Below are positions 24,997 to 40,172 of a DNA stretch of 64,000 nt, one piece after another. This stretch comes from Octopus vulgaris (Eukaryota). The notes under the pieces are model-generated. The model was not told the origin of the DNA. It did not search any database and saw nothing but the letters and a program-made list of their open reading frames with translations. The stretch covers positions 32,922,001 through 32,986,000 of the forward strand of contig OX597814.1 of assembly GCA_951406725.2 (NCBI GenBank). The letters run 5' to 3'. Position 1 is the first letter of the stretch; the number at the start of each line of letters is the position of its first letter. The position numbers were made by a program, and so were the translations under genes.

Positions 24997-25855
24997 ATAT
25001 ATATATATTCTGAGAGTGTGACAAAATTTGTGGGATAAATAGATACGTTCTAATATAATTTGATGTTCACCTCCATAGTATGACTTCAAAGGAATTTTTA
25101 ACGTTGATTTCGATTAATAGTGCTTGCTAATAATTTTGGGGTCTTATCCATCTTTTAAAAAATATACTTTATTTATTTTTCAACCGTTAATATCTCTATG
25201 AGAACTCAAGAATTTTCAGTTTCTTACACTACATCCATTCATTATTAACTGAGATTTATATAAATGGTTGATACATTCGCGGCAATATTTCCTGTCACCG
25301 ATGATGAAGTTTCAAAATTTCTGTTTTACTACTATAATAGATTAATACATTTATATTGAATTGTATAACACTATCTCCGTTTGAGAAAGTACATTCATTT
25401 TAGTTCATTATATGTTATTATATTACTCAGAATATTAGTATTGTTCATACTCATTGAGTTCTATGCTAAAAAACTTTTCCTCAAACAAGTATTTCTTGCT
25501 GTTTATGATGTTATTTCTCTTATTATTTTTTTTATTATTACTATATATATATATATATATATATACGTGTGTGTATGTGTGTAACAATATGTAGATAAAT
25601 ACATATATATACATATATACTTACACACATATCTAAAAGCGAAAATAATGAACTTTTCTTCACTTGCGTATGTATATGTGTATACTTGTGGTTGTATGGG
25701 TGAAATCCTGTTCATTTACGTGTATATAATAATTCAAACACACGTAATTATACGCTGAACATATAACACACGTATATATACTAATGCATATATGTGTACG
25801 TACGTATGTGTGCATACATATATATTTATATTTATATACTATATACTATATATAA

Positions 25856-25887
<32 letters not shown>

Positions 25888-26381
25888 ATGAATGTACGTA
25901 CGTACAAAAAAGATGTTTTACCTGACGGCCTCGATATCTGTTGAGTGGAAAATGGTTTTGCCTACCAGCTGAAGGCATTTTAATTTATCTAGAATTTTTG
26001 ATATAAAAAAATACTTGGTTTATTCCTAATTCATTTGTGTACTGACAAGACCACTTGAATCCGTGTTCAATTAAAATAAGAATTATACTCGTCTTTCTGT
26101 CTCCTGGCTGCCCTTGAGATATCTTGCTTGGAAGAAAAGCAAAAGAGAAAAAGAGAGAAAGAAAGATGGCGGCGAACTGCAATTGTGTTTTTGTAGTCAG
26201 GGAAGAAAATGCTTCTGTCATCCACAGAATAACAGATACTGTTAGATTGATTATATATCTTTACTATTCTGTTAAGACCTATAAGATACAGATCACTTGA
26301 AATTTGGAAAGCGTTTATTTCTCTTCAACATAAACGAATAATAAATACATCAATTCTATACATATGAATGTGTATGTATAT

Positions 26382-26424
<43 letters not shown>

Positions 26425-26440
26425 ATATATATGCACATAC

Positions 26441-26487
<47 letters not shown>

Positions 26488-27189
26488 TATATATACATAG
26501 ATGTATATATGATATACTTTTGAATATATACAAATTTATATATTTGTATATGGTTGTGATATGATTGCCTAGATACACTCGATCCCTCACATACCCAAGC
26601 CCAGGCAAAAATGCTACATATACATACATATACATACACATATGCATACGTACACACACTCACTCATACACATACTCATACGCACGCACACACATACACA
26701 CACAGCCAGGTATATATATCTGTCTATATATATGTATAGATATATATACACATACATATATGTATATATTTTTTTCATACAGCATGAATAAGCGTACAGA
26801 TGTGTATTTGCGTATATATTAATATATATGTGTAAATGTGTATATACGGAAGCACTCATACATACATTCTTACACACATAATACATACATACATACATAC
26901 ATACATACATACATACATACACACATACATACATACAGTGCACATGCTCACTAACATATACAATAATATATAGTTCCTAGAAATTAAGATATTCTGAATC
27001 ATGCCTGATTTTCGTTGCAAATAAAACGTCTCCATTTATAGCAGAATTGATAAACTTTATTATTACACATTTGAATAACACACTTTTTCACTTACTAACC
27101 TACACATTCTTATAAATGTCTCTCTTTCCAATTCCCTTTCGCACAAATATTTTCATGTATACATATATATCTATATGTATATATATAGT

Positions 27190-27242
<53 letters not shown>

Positions 27243-28811
27243 AATGGAGATAGATAGATTGACAGACAGACAGTCGGATACAGTCACATACACACATATA
27301 CACATATACACACACACACACACACTCATTCATATTCATCAGAAGGCTGAATCGTTAGCGCGTCACATATTATTTCGGCGCTCACATATGAAACAGCCTC
27401 GAAGTCAGCGATCAATTTGGCTTTTTTTCCTTTCGCGATAGAGAAGGATTTGAATAGTGCACCTATAGATTACTGGGCCCGATTCGTTTCTTTTAGTTCT
27501 AGATTTTGTCTGTAATTCAATTATGTGACTGTCACAGGCTATACGGCTTTTTTGATCTGAAAATTGCACGAAGTATACATACTTAATGTGTACTTCTGAT
27601 AAGAGGGAGTACCTTTGATGTCTGGCAGATTCATTTTGCCAGAAATGGTCGGGTGCACCATCTCTGGTCTTCATTCAACTTCTAATCTCTCGTTTCATGA
27701 CTTCTAGCACCACACCCCGGTACTCCACTTCATTTAGTGGGATAAACCAATTGAGGGGAGGGTGTTACCACTGCACCAGTGGGCGAAAGACCTCAAGTAA
27801 GGAGTCACCGGCTAGGGCGGAGGAACATGCTGAGGTCAACGGCTTTAGTTTTAGGAGCGAAGGCGTGTCTCAGGTAGAGACATACATTTGTTGTTAAGAG
27901 TTTCGAGAGGAATGGGCGACGCCAAGGTAACTTACCCATGGTACATTCATGATGATGACAATCAGATCAGAACCCATACCAGATCGGTCATCACTTGGGT
28001 TAACACTAAAAAGTGGATAGGCTTTGCTTTTGCTGAATCACAGAGAGCACAAGGTCGAAAGAAACGGCAAAATCTGAATGAGACATCATTAGTGAATGTC
28101 CCAACTACCACCTGGTCAAGGGATAAGAAGTAAGGATACATATTTGTGTAGAATACGCTTGAATTTCCATGAGAACTTTTAGGATACTGCCTTTCGTTGT
28201 ATCATACATAATCCGAAATATCATATATCTGGGATTATATTCATACCTAGATCTGTAAATTGATTAAATTATAATTACATTTCATAATTCAACAAGTTGT
28301 TATCATTTTTGTATTCTAAAACATTTAAAACGGTCTAGACACATTGGCATGTCTCACATAATGAGCTGCATGCATAAGATTAACTAACACTAGATTTAAA
28401 TGTCCACATCTCTGACATCAGAAACTATTAATACGATTATATTTCATCGGATTAATGACTTAATCATTTAAATTAAAATATCTTTAATACTGATGATGTT
28501 TCATCACTAAAGGTGATGTTAATGATCCATAAAATTATTATCTTTAATCTAGCGCTATATTTTCACTTTTTCATTTCTGTTTCAGTGGCTTTTCAAGTCC
28601 TAGCTACGCTTTATTGTTTTCTGAGGTTCTGACAAGCTTGCTACCATTTCATATATGATTGTATGACGTACTATATAAACCATTACTAGCATCTTCATTC
28701 ATAAATTTCTGATGCTTCTCTATATATTTTCCTCCTGGTGTGCATGTCTCCATCACACCACTTTTTATCTATTTCTGTCTTCTCCCACCCCCCTCCCGCT
28801 CTGTCTCTTTC

Positions 28812-28872
<61 letters not shown>

Positions 28873-28945
28873 GTATGTATATGTATGTATATGTATATAT
28901 ATATGTATATGTATACATATATATATATGTATATATATATGTATA

Positions 28946-28977
<32 letters not shown>

Positions 28978-29519
28978 CATATATATATATATACATATAC
29001 ATATATATATACATATACATACATATATACATATACATACATATATATATATATATATATATTTGTATATATATATATATGTCATGTGTGTATGTATGTG
29101 CGTGCTCGTCGGTGTGTTAGAGTACGTGTGTATGATTATAGGATTATATATGAGTGTGTATAGTATAGGATAACGTTGTGTATTAAAGTCTTTCCATAGA
29201 TTTTGTATGATTATCAGATCCTTTGTAAATTTCTTACTTTACTAATATTACAGTCTTATCAACAATAACGAACCTACAATGTAATATTCATTTTCAAACT
29301 GAAAGACAATGCGATCAAGGGATAGCGAGAAAAAAAGTGATACAAGAGTGACATAGGGAGATTAAAGCAAAAAGAGAGGAGGAGGAGGAGAGAATGTTGG
29401 GTGGTTGTGAGAGGGTGAAAAAGAGAAAACTGCTGTAAGTGAAGTGATTTACTATTTAAAAGTGCGAATTTTTATATAAGGTGTTCACTAAAGTCGTATA
29501 CAAATGTGGTCTTTTATCT

Positions 29520-29880
29520 CTATCTTTTACTTGTTTCAGTCATTGGACTGCGGCTATGATGAGGCAGCGTCTTAAGGGGTTTAGTCTAACAAATTAAACC
29601 CAGTACTTAAAATCTAGTACTCATTCTATCGGTTTCTTTTGCTGAACCGCTATATAACGGGGAGGTAAACGAAGCAGTCGTAAAGCAGTGGAGTTAAACA
29701 CAAACACAATATATATATATACGACGGGCTTCCATACAGTTTCCATATACTAAATCCCTACACAAGGTGTAGGTCACCCTGAGGCTATAGTAGATGACAC
29801 CTGGCCTAAGTGCCCCGCAGTGAAACTAAGTCCAAATCCATGTGGTCGCAAAGCAAGTTTCTCAACCACACACACATGCA
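29520..29880 (-). mobile_element. SINE family B, diverged
   Basis: tttacttgtttcagtcattggactgcggc...gaggctatagtagatgacac...ctcaaccacac. Confidence 0.8.
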
Positions 29881-31548
29881 TTTCATTTGTCTTTATTCAT
29901 ACTAAGACCGAGTATCGTTTCCTATAGATCATCCAAGCCTTTACAGATTTATGAGAGAGGCACTTGGCATTTATCTTTCATCTCTACTTGTCGATGTTTC
30001 GAAATCTCAAAGAAAAATGTGTGTAAGAGTTTGTTCTAGAGGCTTGCAATTCTGTGATTGAAAGATTGGTAAAAATTCAAAGTGTGCATGTGAATCTTTA
30101 TAGGTGTAATGAGAAGTGACGAGTGTGCATATGGAGTATTTAGAATGTAGTACTATACATTTAGTTAAGTAACTTCGAGGAGCCATGCCTGGCGTAACGT
30201 AAATAAGAACTAACATGGATATGTGAACAGAAATGTTGCTGGTACTGAGAAAGTTTTCACTGGTGTTCGGTTATCTCCCTTACGCATGTAGTCCCAAATT
30301 TTTATGTTTTCTACAACTGTGCTTTTCCAAATATCTCAACGAATATAGCAAAACTGAAACAATTTGAGGCTTTGAAAAACCCCAATTTATGAGCTGTGGA
30401 CATACTTACATAGGATACATGAGGCCTAACAGTTGTAGAGAGCTTATATGGGTGCCTATAATTTGAATACAGTTTGTGGCTTTAGCTGCATGATGATTAT
30501 ATTGTAAGCAGATGTAGTATTGGATCTTATAGTTTCTAGTTGTATTTTTCTTACTTATTAACTAACGGTATTTAGTACTTTAAGTGTCTAATTCTTAATA
30601 GTCCCATTATCGAATAGTATCTACACCTATGTGTAATACGTGTCCTGTAGGTGTTGTGCTTTGAAATTAATTATGTGATTATATTAAAGTAAAAAGAAAC
30701 AGCCAACAGAGATATATGACAAAAGGGTCTAACACTTAAATTGTGTTTGGTGATGAATAAATTTTGTTTCATGTAGCGTGAAATTAATTGTCTTCTTTAT
30801 TCTTCACTAATGATAGCATTCTTTGAATTGTAATTAGTGCCATTTCCTAAACTATCTACTATTGAGTTACACATTATATAAATTAAGTATATAGCTTTTG
30901 AACAATGTCTCAAATTGTTTCTTTCCCTCTCTCCTGAATAGATATACGCATGCACGCAGACACATACGCACTCACACTAATACACAGTGGATGTATACAT
31001 ATTGACACATTTTTATATGTACATATAAACATCCATGATATACTAGTGAATGTGTGCACGCGTTATATAGTGAGACATGCTTGTGATGCACTTTTAACTT
31101 TTTCGTAAATAATCTTTCATAATTTCTTATTAGTCTTTAGTGTCTAATTTGGAAAATAACTTTTATAAACACATTCAAGCTTAAAGATATTCTCGGCCGC
31201 ATTTTCTAAATGAAGCATTGATTGTAGTGCGTGTTTGCTGCTTTTATAGGGCTGCAAGTTAACCGAAGAATGATCTGTGTAAGTGTCAAAATCATCATCA
31301 CCGGGTTTAAAACTGTTTCATAGATAATTTTTAAATTACATTTAACGCTTTTTGTGTAACAATATCCGGTTTCTATGTTGCTCGTTCTGTGAACTATGTT
31401 GCTGTCATTTCGAAGATTTCTGGTAAACAGAAATATTTCGAAGGCAATTAGGGACGTCTCTTGTTAAGTGAGGATTCTATTTGTTATATTTCTAGATTAT
31501 TATTATAGTTTTTTGTTTGTTTGTTGTTTTTTGTTTTGTTTTTTTGCT

Positions 31549-31965
31549 AAGGCGGTGAGCTGACAGACTAATAAGTACGTCGGGCTAAATGCTTAGCGGT
31601 ATTTGGCCCGTCGCTACGCTCTGAGTTCAAATTCCGCCGAGGTCGACTTTACTTTCGAGGTAGATAAATGAAGTGTCTGTGAGATTCTGGGGTCGATGTA
31701 ATCGACTAGTCCCCTCCCCCAAATCTACGGGCCTTGTGCCTATAATAGAAAGGATTATAGTTTTTGTTGCTTTAATGCGGTGAGCTGACTGAATCGTCAG
31801 CACACCCGGCGAAATGCTATATTCTGAGTTCAAATTCCACCGAGGTCGACTTCGCCTTTCATCCTTTCAGAGTCGATAAATTAAATACCAGTGAAATACT
31901 GGAGTCAGCATATTCGACCAGTCCCCTTCCCACAAATTTCAGGCTTTGTGCCTCTAGTAGAAAAG
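31549..31965 (+). mobile_element. Two tandem SINE family A copies (about 31549-31757 and 31775-31965)
   Basis: Each has a gcggtgagctgac head, ctgagttcaaattcc and a tail ending tagaaa. Confidence 0.85.
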
Positions 31966-32921
31966 TTTTTGTTGTTGTCTATTAATATAATGAGTGTATA
32001 TTTGATTATAGTTGTCTTTTGTTGTATTTACGTGTTTAGGGTCGTTCGCATTAGAGAGAATTGATATGATGGAACAAACTGTGCCGTTTTCCCCCACTTA
32101 CTGGCAAAATATTCGATTCTGTACTTGATTTAAGAAATGTATTTAACCCTTTTATCACGACAAACTAAAGGGAATGTTAGTGCATTAAGGGGCGGGTTAA
32201 TGAATTGCATTTTACTTTTTACCCAGTTTTAACCGCTTGCTCTTATTCTCTCCCTCCCTCCACTCCCTGACATTCACCCACATTGCTCTCACTTTTCTCA
32301 TTGTTTGAAAGCCATTGGCACCGACAGCCGTTTTATTAAGAATACAATAATCAACCGAGGTCTGCTTCATCGATTTAACCATCATCACAATGAGAAGAAA
32401 AATTATAGACGAACTTGGTAAATCACCTAAGGGTTGAGGCAGTAAACGTTTGAGGGGCTAAAAAGCTACGAGTAGTAGTACCATTATGTTTAAGAGTACA
32501 ATGTATTGTTCCGTTTAAAATTTCGTAGTTTCTATTTTAATTGGCAATGAAGTTTTTATATATTGCTTGTTTTTTTTTCTTTTTATTCTTTATTCACTTT
32601 CTTTCAGTTTTTTTTTTCTTCTCATAATTCTTCTTTCTTATATTGTATTTAACATAGGGCGAAATGTAATAATATAAAGGAAAGGGAGGTTTGAAGGTTT
32701 CACGATCTGAGTAAAAAAAAAACAAAAAAAAAAAAAAACAGTGAATATGAGTGATCAAGAACACAAACTAAAAAGCAAACAAAAAGTAATTAAAATATTC
32801 CGAAACCTAAAGTAGTGGTATCAAATAGGAAAACGTGCAATGTGTGTGTATGAGTGTGTGCGCATGCTTACTTGTGTGTGTTTCTCTATATCTATGTATA
32901 TATACGTACATATAGATAGAA

Positions 32922-32964
<43 letters not shown>

Positions 32965-33911
32965 TATGAGAGATAGGTAGATAGATAATATAGAGATGCA
33001 AACACTATATTTTATATAAGAAATACAAGCAAATATTCAGTTATATATATATAAACAACAATATATATATATATATATACATATAATGGTTGGTGGTATA
33101 AGTATAGTTAAGAATGCCAATTAGTAAGAAAGCAATCAATATTGTAAAATACTTTCGAATAATATTTATTAAAATTAGAACTTGAGAGAATCAGTATTCA
33201 ATGTTCCTCAATTCCGATCCTCAGGCGACTGATCCGAGGAATAATGAAGCTTCGATATATACTCACCGATTTGAGGCAGGTATTCAGTTCAAGCTTAACA
33301 GTAGCTCGGTAGAAATTTCATACTTGGGAACCAAAGAATTTGCAAGATCTTTATTGATATTTATAAAAATTATATTAAATTCACCCTTTTAAAATTTATA
33401 AAGATTGTTGCTATGAAATTTAATATATAATTAATTTGGAGGCTTGAAAGAAATTCGTTGAAAAAATTAATATTAAATATGCTTATGAAGAACATTATAA
33501 GGAAAATATGTTAAAGAAACCACAGTGACCTCGGCAATACAGAAATGTATAAAATCTAGCAGGCGGTGAATAAGGAAGGAGATTAATGAATTTGTTAAAG
33601 ATTGGATAGAAGTGCTGAATATGTTATATTTTTTATATTTCTAGAATAAAAAGGATGTATTGATGACTATGGCTTCAGCTTAAAGAACGATTTGGTCATA
33701 TCTGATGAACTGTTTGACGCATCACGTTTTTTATATAGCGACTTTTCCCTATTCGCATTGTGTTTGTGTATATATTATGGAATGCACATACAGTCATACA
33801 TACACACCTGCATACATTTATATACGTATGTATATATATACATACACACACACAAACAAACACACAAGCAAACACACATACACACGCACACATATACACA
33901 GAAATAGATGC

Positions 33912-33982
<71 letters not shown>

Positions 33983-34182
33983 AAAGATATAAAGAGAGAG
34001 AGAGAGAGAGGAGAACGATGGATGTATGGTTAAGTACCTCACTCTGCAACCAGATTCAGATTCAGTCCCACAGTGTGCCACTGTGGACAAGTGAGGCTTT
34101 CAATGCAGCCCCGGAACGACCACTGTCTTGTGAGCGAATTTGTTAGACGGAAACTATGTGGAAGCTCATATATATATGTATG

Positions 34183-34223
<41 letters not shown>

Positions 34224-34611
34224 CATATATATACATATATATATATGCATATATATATATAAATACATATATATACATATATATATATGCATATATATAT
34301 ATAAATACATATATATACATATATATATATGCATATATATATATATATGCATATATATACATATATATATAAATATATGTTTACATATATATGTATACAT
34401 ACATATATATATGTATATATGCATATATATATATATATACATATATATACATATACATATATACTTATATATACATATATAATTTATACATACGTATACA
34501 TATATATATATATAAACATACATATCCATATATATAATACTTACATACGTATACATATACGCGTATTTATGTCAAACACACACACACACACACATATATA
34601 TGTATATATAT

Positions 34612-35112
34612 ATGTAGGAAAAAGTTTTGTTGAAAATGTACCTAAATTTCAAAAACTCGAAAATGATTAAAATACATTTATCTACATATATACCAAACTA
34701 GTTTCAGCAATATTTTTTTGTTTATCAATGGTAAGAGTTTAAAATTAGAAAATCATCTTTAACAGTTTCAATGTTGACAGATTAAAATCAGTATGACTTG
34801 CCGAACACCACTAAAACTAATGAACTTTGTACATTCAAACAAATTGATATACAGTTTTAATTTTATTGACTGCTATGAACATACAAACTTATACCTTCTG
34901 TTTTGAACATGTTAATTTATCAACTTTGAAACATTTTAATTTGTCAACACTGAAACTTTCAAAGATGTTTTTTTTTCTAATTTGAAACTTTTACCATTGA
35001 TAAAGAAAAATTATTGTTGTAACTAGTTTGGTATATATGTAAATAAATGTATTTTAAACATTTACGCGTTTTTTAAATTTAAGTGTATTTTCAACAACAC
35101 ATATTCCTATAC
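34612..35112. repeat. Diverged inverted repeat (arms about 34612-34788 and 34932-35112), PLE-type, with a decayed HHR
   Basis: The arms are reverse complements (e.g. ataccaaactagtt / aactagtttggtat). Pattern acca-ttgataa...gaaa-ctag-tt-tggt. Confidence 0.7.
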
Positions 35113-35617
35113 GTTTTTCTGCATGGAATCACCTCCCACTCTTTTGTTACATATATATATATATATATATATATATAGTGTAGGTATCAGTTAGACAGGT
35201 TTAATGCCTCTAAGGGATAATTAAATCCAAAATCGCTACTGGTTATTACCTGGGTAGGTACAGTCTTTTGTAAGGTTGTACGGTAGCAGGTGGTTCGGCT
35301 GGTAAACCATAGTTTAGGTTATATAGGAGAAGAAAATGGATACAATAACAATGGGGGAACTTGTGGTTTCGCTGGTTATAATTTAATGTAAGACATACTA
35401 CCTTTGTTTATATTACCATCACATATGTATCAATTATTTTCGCATCCTGACCGATGCATCTATCTATATTCGCATTCTAAAGAGATTTACTTAAACCAGT
35501 AAATTGAAACGATCGTAAATGCTACCTTCATCTCTACTTCTTCCTTTTTTGTTATCTAATTAAATTAAAAACATACCAGCGAAAACCACCAGTTTCCCAT
35601 TGTTATTATATCCATTT

Positions 35618-35684
<67 letters not shown>

Positions 35685-35712
35685 TATATATATATATGTA
35701 TATATATATATG

Positions 35713-35761
<49 letters not shown>

Positions 35762-37494
35762 GCATATATATATATATATGCATATATCTATATAGAATTT
35801 GTATAGTTTATACACGTGTGTGTGTATGCCTGCTTGTCCGTTTGTGTGTGTGTGTGCCTGCTTGTACGTTTTGTATATAATTCTGTATTTTTCCCATTTG
35901 CTTAGGAATCAGTATATTCTGATTTATAGTAGTGACGAAGCTTATTTCAAACGCATCTGTTTACTTGTTTGACTTAACAAAACACAATATTATTTCAGAC
36001 TGTTGAATGAGTCGAGGCATTTATATCTCCTTTGTGATTTCTGCTCATGCTTATCTTGGGATGTTATGGTTGCGTGTGGAAGAAGGCTATTTTCATAAGA
36101 GTGAGAAAGTTAGATGCGCTTAACATAGAAAATTTAAAAAGAGAATAGAGGTCATAAATATGTCGCTCAGCACATTGGAGCTCATAGCATTGGGGCAAAA
36201 ATAGCCACAAAAGATATATGGTTTCTTAGAAAGAATTGACAATATTCTTTCGGATGTATGTCGGAAGGGATGATCATAACCCATTGATAGGTATGCCGAA
36301 GTATTTATGAAGCCAGACAGTGTCGCTCGTTTCTTTTATGTCAAAGGCAATGATGAAGACTTTATCGAAATGTTACATTGCAAAACTTTTGTGTAAGCTT
36401 TACTTGTGGGCTCTAATAAAACGAACAGATTTTAGTTATTATTGCAAATCATTGTTTAATAAAAGTTTCTATCATTTTATCAATGTTAAATGTAAGAGTT
36501 ACCGGGCAATATGGTAACATTATTGCATTGGTGAAGATTTTATCTTTGATATTGCTTGTAATAGATTGTAATTATGTCTGCTATCTCTCTCCAAGCGAAC
36601 TCACTTCTCTAATTATATCTTATGAGGTAAACACATCGTATATCTCTTGAGGTCAAGAACAACATCGCATTGCGGGCATGAGCTGTGAGATGTCTCAATT
36701 ACATATGCGCGTACGTGTGTTCAGGCATGCGCACGATTATTTGTCTACGTGTGTATGATGGCGAGTATGTTTATGTGTTCATATGTAAGAAAGAAAGTAT
36801 ATTTATTGATTTGACATAGCGTAATTTATCATCAAACTAACTAGCTTGAAAATCTTACTGGAATATACTGGAATATTCCAAGTACTCTGAATCATGAATT
36901 ACATACAGTAATAAAAATAAGAACAACAAATACTGTTCTTCTGTCTAATCAACATATTACTGTTGTGTAATATACACACATGACTGAGTGAGTTGCAGTA
37001 TAACCTTTGCGAATGAATTATGTATGTACACTTTAGAGGTGGTGAAGGGACTTGTATTATTTACGCATTATTTTGCGTTTGCCTTGCAATATTTTAATAC
37101 ATATGTTATCGAACGCGAGAAATATTCGTCATTATATGTTATTAAAGCTATAAAGTGTATCCAAATGCTGCAGTTCGTTAATACATCAAAGTAAATATCA
37201 GTCACTGTTGATTAAAGAATTAAATAGATAATTTTGGGTAAATATGTAAATGATGTAATGTATTATTGAAATATGAATAAATAATTGATTTTATACATAT
37301 AAACATTCATACATACACAATATAAAATCTTCTAAATTGAAAACTACATCAGGTAAACCTTGCCAGCTAAATTATATTATATAAGGTAGACATATATTAG
37401 TCATTTATCATCAATTTATGTATAGACATAAAACGTTAACACAAAATAACATATATATGTATATACATTTATTTATCTTTTCTTTCTCATTTTT

Positions 37495-37690
37495 TTTCCA
37501 ATCATTTAGACTGCGGTCATGCTGGGGCACTGTCTTGAAGAGCTTCTAGTTGAACGAATAGACCGCAGAAAATTTATTAACAGCCTGGTACTTATGCTAT
37601 CGGTCTTTTTGCCGGACCGCTAATTTACAGGGACGTAAACAAACAAACACTTGTTGTCAAGCGGTGGTTGTGGACAAACACAGACACAGA
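37495..37690 (-). mobile_element. SINE family B 3' portion
   Basis: gactgcggtcatgctggggcac...ggacgtaaacaaac...gttgtcaagcgg. Confidence 0.75.
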
Positions 37691-37740
37691 GGCACGCACG
37701 CGCCCTCCCACAAGATATAACACGCACACATACACACACA

Positions 37741-37779
<39 letters not shown>

Positions 37780-38949
37780 CTACATACATATATATGTACC
37801 TATGTATGTTTGTATGTATGTATAATATCTTGGGGAGGGAATATTTTGTCAATAAAAATGCACATATCAGACGTATTTTTATTCTCTTTCCTATCGTTAG
37901 TCATCTAGCAATCTAATTAAATAATTAAATAATTTCCCCAGTTCTGTGACGGTGTATCCATCGCGAAAAACATTGAGCAATGGGAGTATGTCATAAATGC
38001 CGCCGCGAATGGCAACGTAAAGACAGTAAAACCAAATGATTTATTATTAAGATCAATAAGCAATCGATTACTTAATTCTTTGATTACTTAACTGCTTAAG
38101 TGATAATAATAAAAAGAAATGAATTTGAACCAGTATGTTTATATGGGAAAATTACCCTTCCAACATATGAAGCTAACTGGCAGATTCTTCATATACATCT
38201 GCTGCATGGTTAGAAAAAAGAAATTTCGTAGCTAAATGCGAAGCCTGTCTACATGAACACAAATCATAACTATTCAACCACTTAACTACACAAAAACAAT
38301 TCCTGTCCACACTACCATTCGATAAATTAAATTTAGAGAACTTTATTTTGCAACTGTCACTAAACATGTTCATTTAATCGTGTCAGCCTGGATTTTCGGC
38401 GCAAAAAATGGTCACATTAATACACAGACATAGTGGGGAACCTACAAAAGTTTCTAAAATTACTACTAATCACGGGATTTCCATCCACCTTACACAGATA
38501 AAATTCTACCAGCCCCGACTGCTAGTAATTGCCATTCAGTCGTGACAGCTTTAGCTAACGTCGCCAAACATATTGTGACATGACATTAAAGAACGGACGT
38601 AACGGAGAACTTACAAAAATTTCTAAAACCTGATTATGTGATATACCTCGACCAGTCAAAACGTATCCAAAACATATAGTAATTTGAGCCATGTTCTCAC
38701 TCCAAAAACAGGAAAAGTTTTTGAATTCCAGTCAGAAGCAAGACAGATGTAGCATTGCTTAACGTCTTTCTCGCTTAACTTTTGATGATCAGAGATATAT
38801 ATAAAACCAGTTAAGTCTTTAAAAAATTATTCAAAAAAGCTAAACAAATCCCAGTGCATTCATTTTCAACCTCTTTTTTTTTTTTGCTATATTTCTACTC
38901 GTATTGAATAAAATGACTTTGTGTCATAGATGTATGTATGTTCAAAATG

Positions 38950-39151
38950 TGACCGCGTGTATACCGTTCGCGATTTTTTCCCTCCGTCTTCCCTTCCTTG
39001 GATCTTTCCTTTTCCTATGGTTCTGACGATGAGCCTCGCTCGAAACGTTAAATCCTCCTTCTTTCTTTCCTTTCCTGAGCGTCCAGTAACACTATACTTG
39101 CTCCACCTTCTCGCGTTGTTGTGTTTTCTCTTTGTATTTTCATGTTTGGAT

Positions 39152-39160
<9 letters not shown>
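38950..39160 (+). mobile_element. Non-coding PLE-type terminal repeat with a minimal HHR (39019-39054)
   Basis: GGTT-CTGACGA-T-GAGC-CTC-GCTC-GAAAC-GTT-AAAT. Homologous to 17200-17390, and its 3' end abuts (TA)n. Confidence 0.75.
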
Positions 39161-39215
<55 letters not shown>

Positions 39216-39677
39216 AGGGATGATCACTAAGTGGACATCCCTCTTATATGCATGTAATATAATTTTTCTGAATCTTCAGATTTTTCAATATGCTAGACCA
39301 CTGGTTTTAAATTGATATTAATCAAATTAATATTCAATTTTTCACCCTTAAATATACATACACTCATCGTCGCACTCAAAGACACACAAATGCGAATACC
39401 ACAAGTGTGTTCGCGTGTGCATGCACACACACACACGCACACACACACACACACACACACATGCACTCATCTGTGAGCAAATTTATGCATAACTAACTGT
39501 GAAAATCTGAGAGATTGATATGATACAGATTTTGTTTCTTTTGGTAATTTTCTGCAAAAGAAAAGAATAGTTGAGTTTGAGACCGAGAAGAAAGAAAAGC
39601 GAAAGAGAGGGGTGTGGAAAAATAAGAAGCAAAGAGAGGAGATAGGAGAATAGTGCAGGATAGAAAGGGACGGAAAC

Positions 39678-39808
39678 CGGTCGATGACCCCGAAAGGATG
39701 AAAGGAAAAGTCGACCTCGCTGGAATTCGAACGCAGAACGTAGCGACGGGCGAAATACTACTAACCACTCCGTCCACCGTGTTTAAGTTTCTGCCAGCTC
39801 GCTGCCTT
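39678..39808 (-). mobile_element. SINE family A 5' half
   Basis: ccccgaaaggatgaaagg...tctgccagctcgctgcctt. Confidence 0.8.
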
Positions 39809-40049
39809 ACCAACATGCATAATAATAGTGACCTAGTCAGAGTGAATCGAGTGGAAACAAATGAAAGGCGTTCCAGTCATGATCATCACATCTACATTGT
39901 CCAGTGCGTTTTTACTTTATTAAGAAGACAGGAGTAATATGAGGGAATTTAACTATTATCTCTGATTAGTCGAGTGACCAAATTGGCTCGCAATGAACTA
40001 TATATACAAGGATTAATTGTACAAGTGATAGTAACAGCAGCAACACAGA

Positions 40050-40066
40050 AGCAGCAGCAACAGAAA

Positions 40067-40119
<53 letters not shown>

Positions 40120-40120
40120 A

Positions 40121-40172
<52 letters not shown>
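40050..40172. repeat. (CAG)n-(TAG)n compound microsatellite
   Basis: Direct inspection. Confidence 0.95.

Noticed and set aside
26162-26300. aagATGGCGGCG (YY1-like site or strong start context) with a short frame MAANCNCVFVVREE
   Set aside because: Single motif, with no convincing donor or downstream in-phase exon chain and no recognisable homology.
32185-32335. GC-box (ggggcggg) and CCAAT-like motif suggesting a promoter
   Set aside because: Short motifs are expected by chance, and there is no adjacent supported gene start.
33185-33245. CTGAGGA on the minus strand as another hammerhead
   Set aside because: No convincing stem II or GAAA could be placed.
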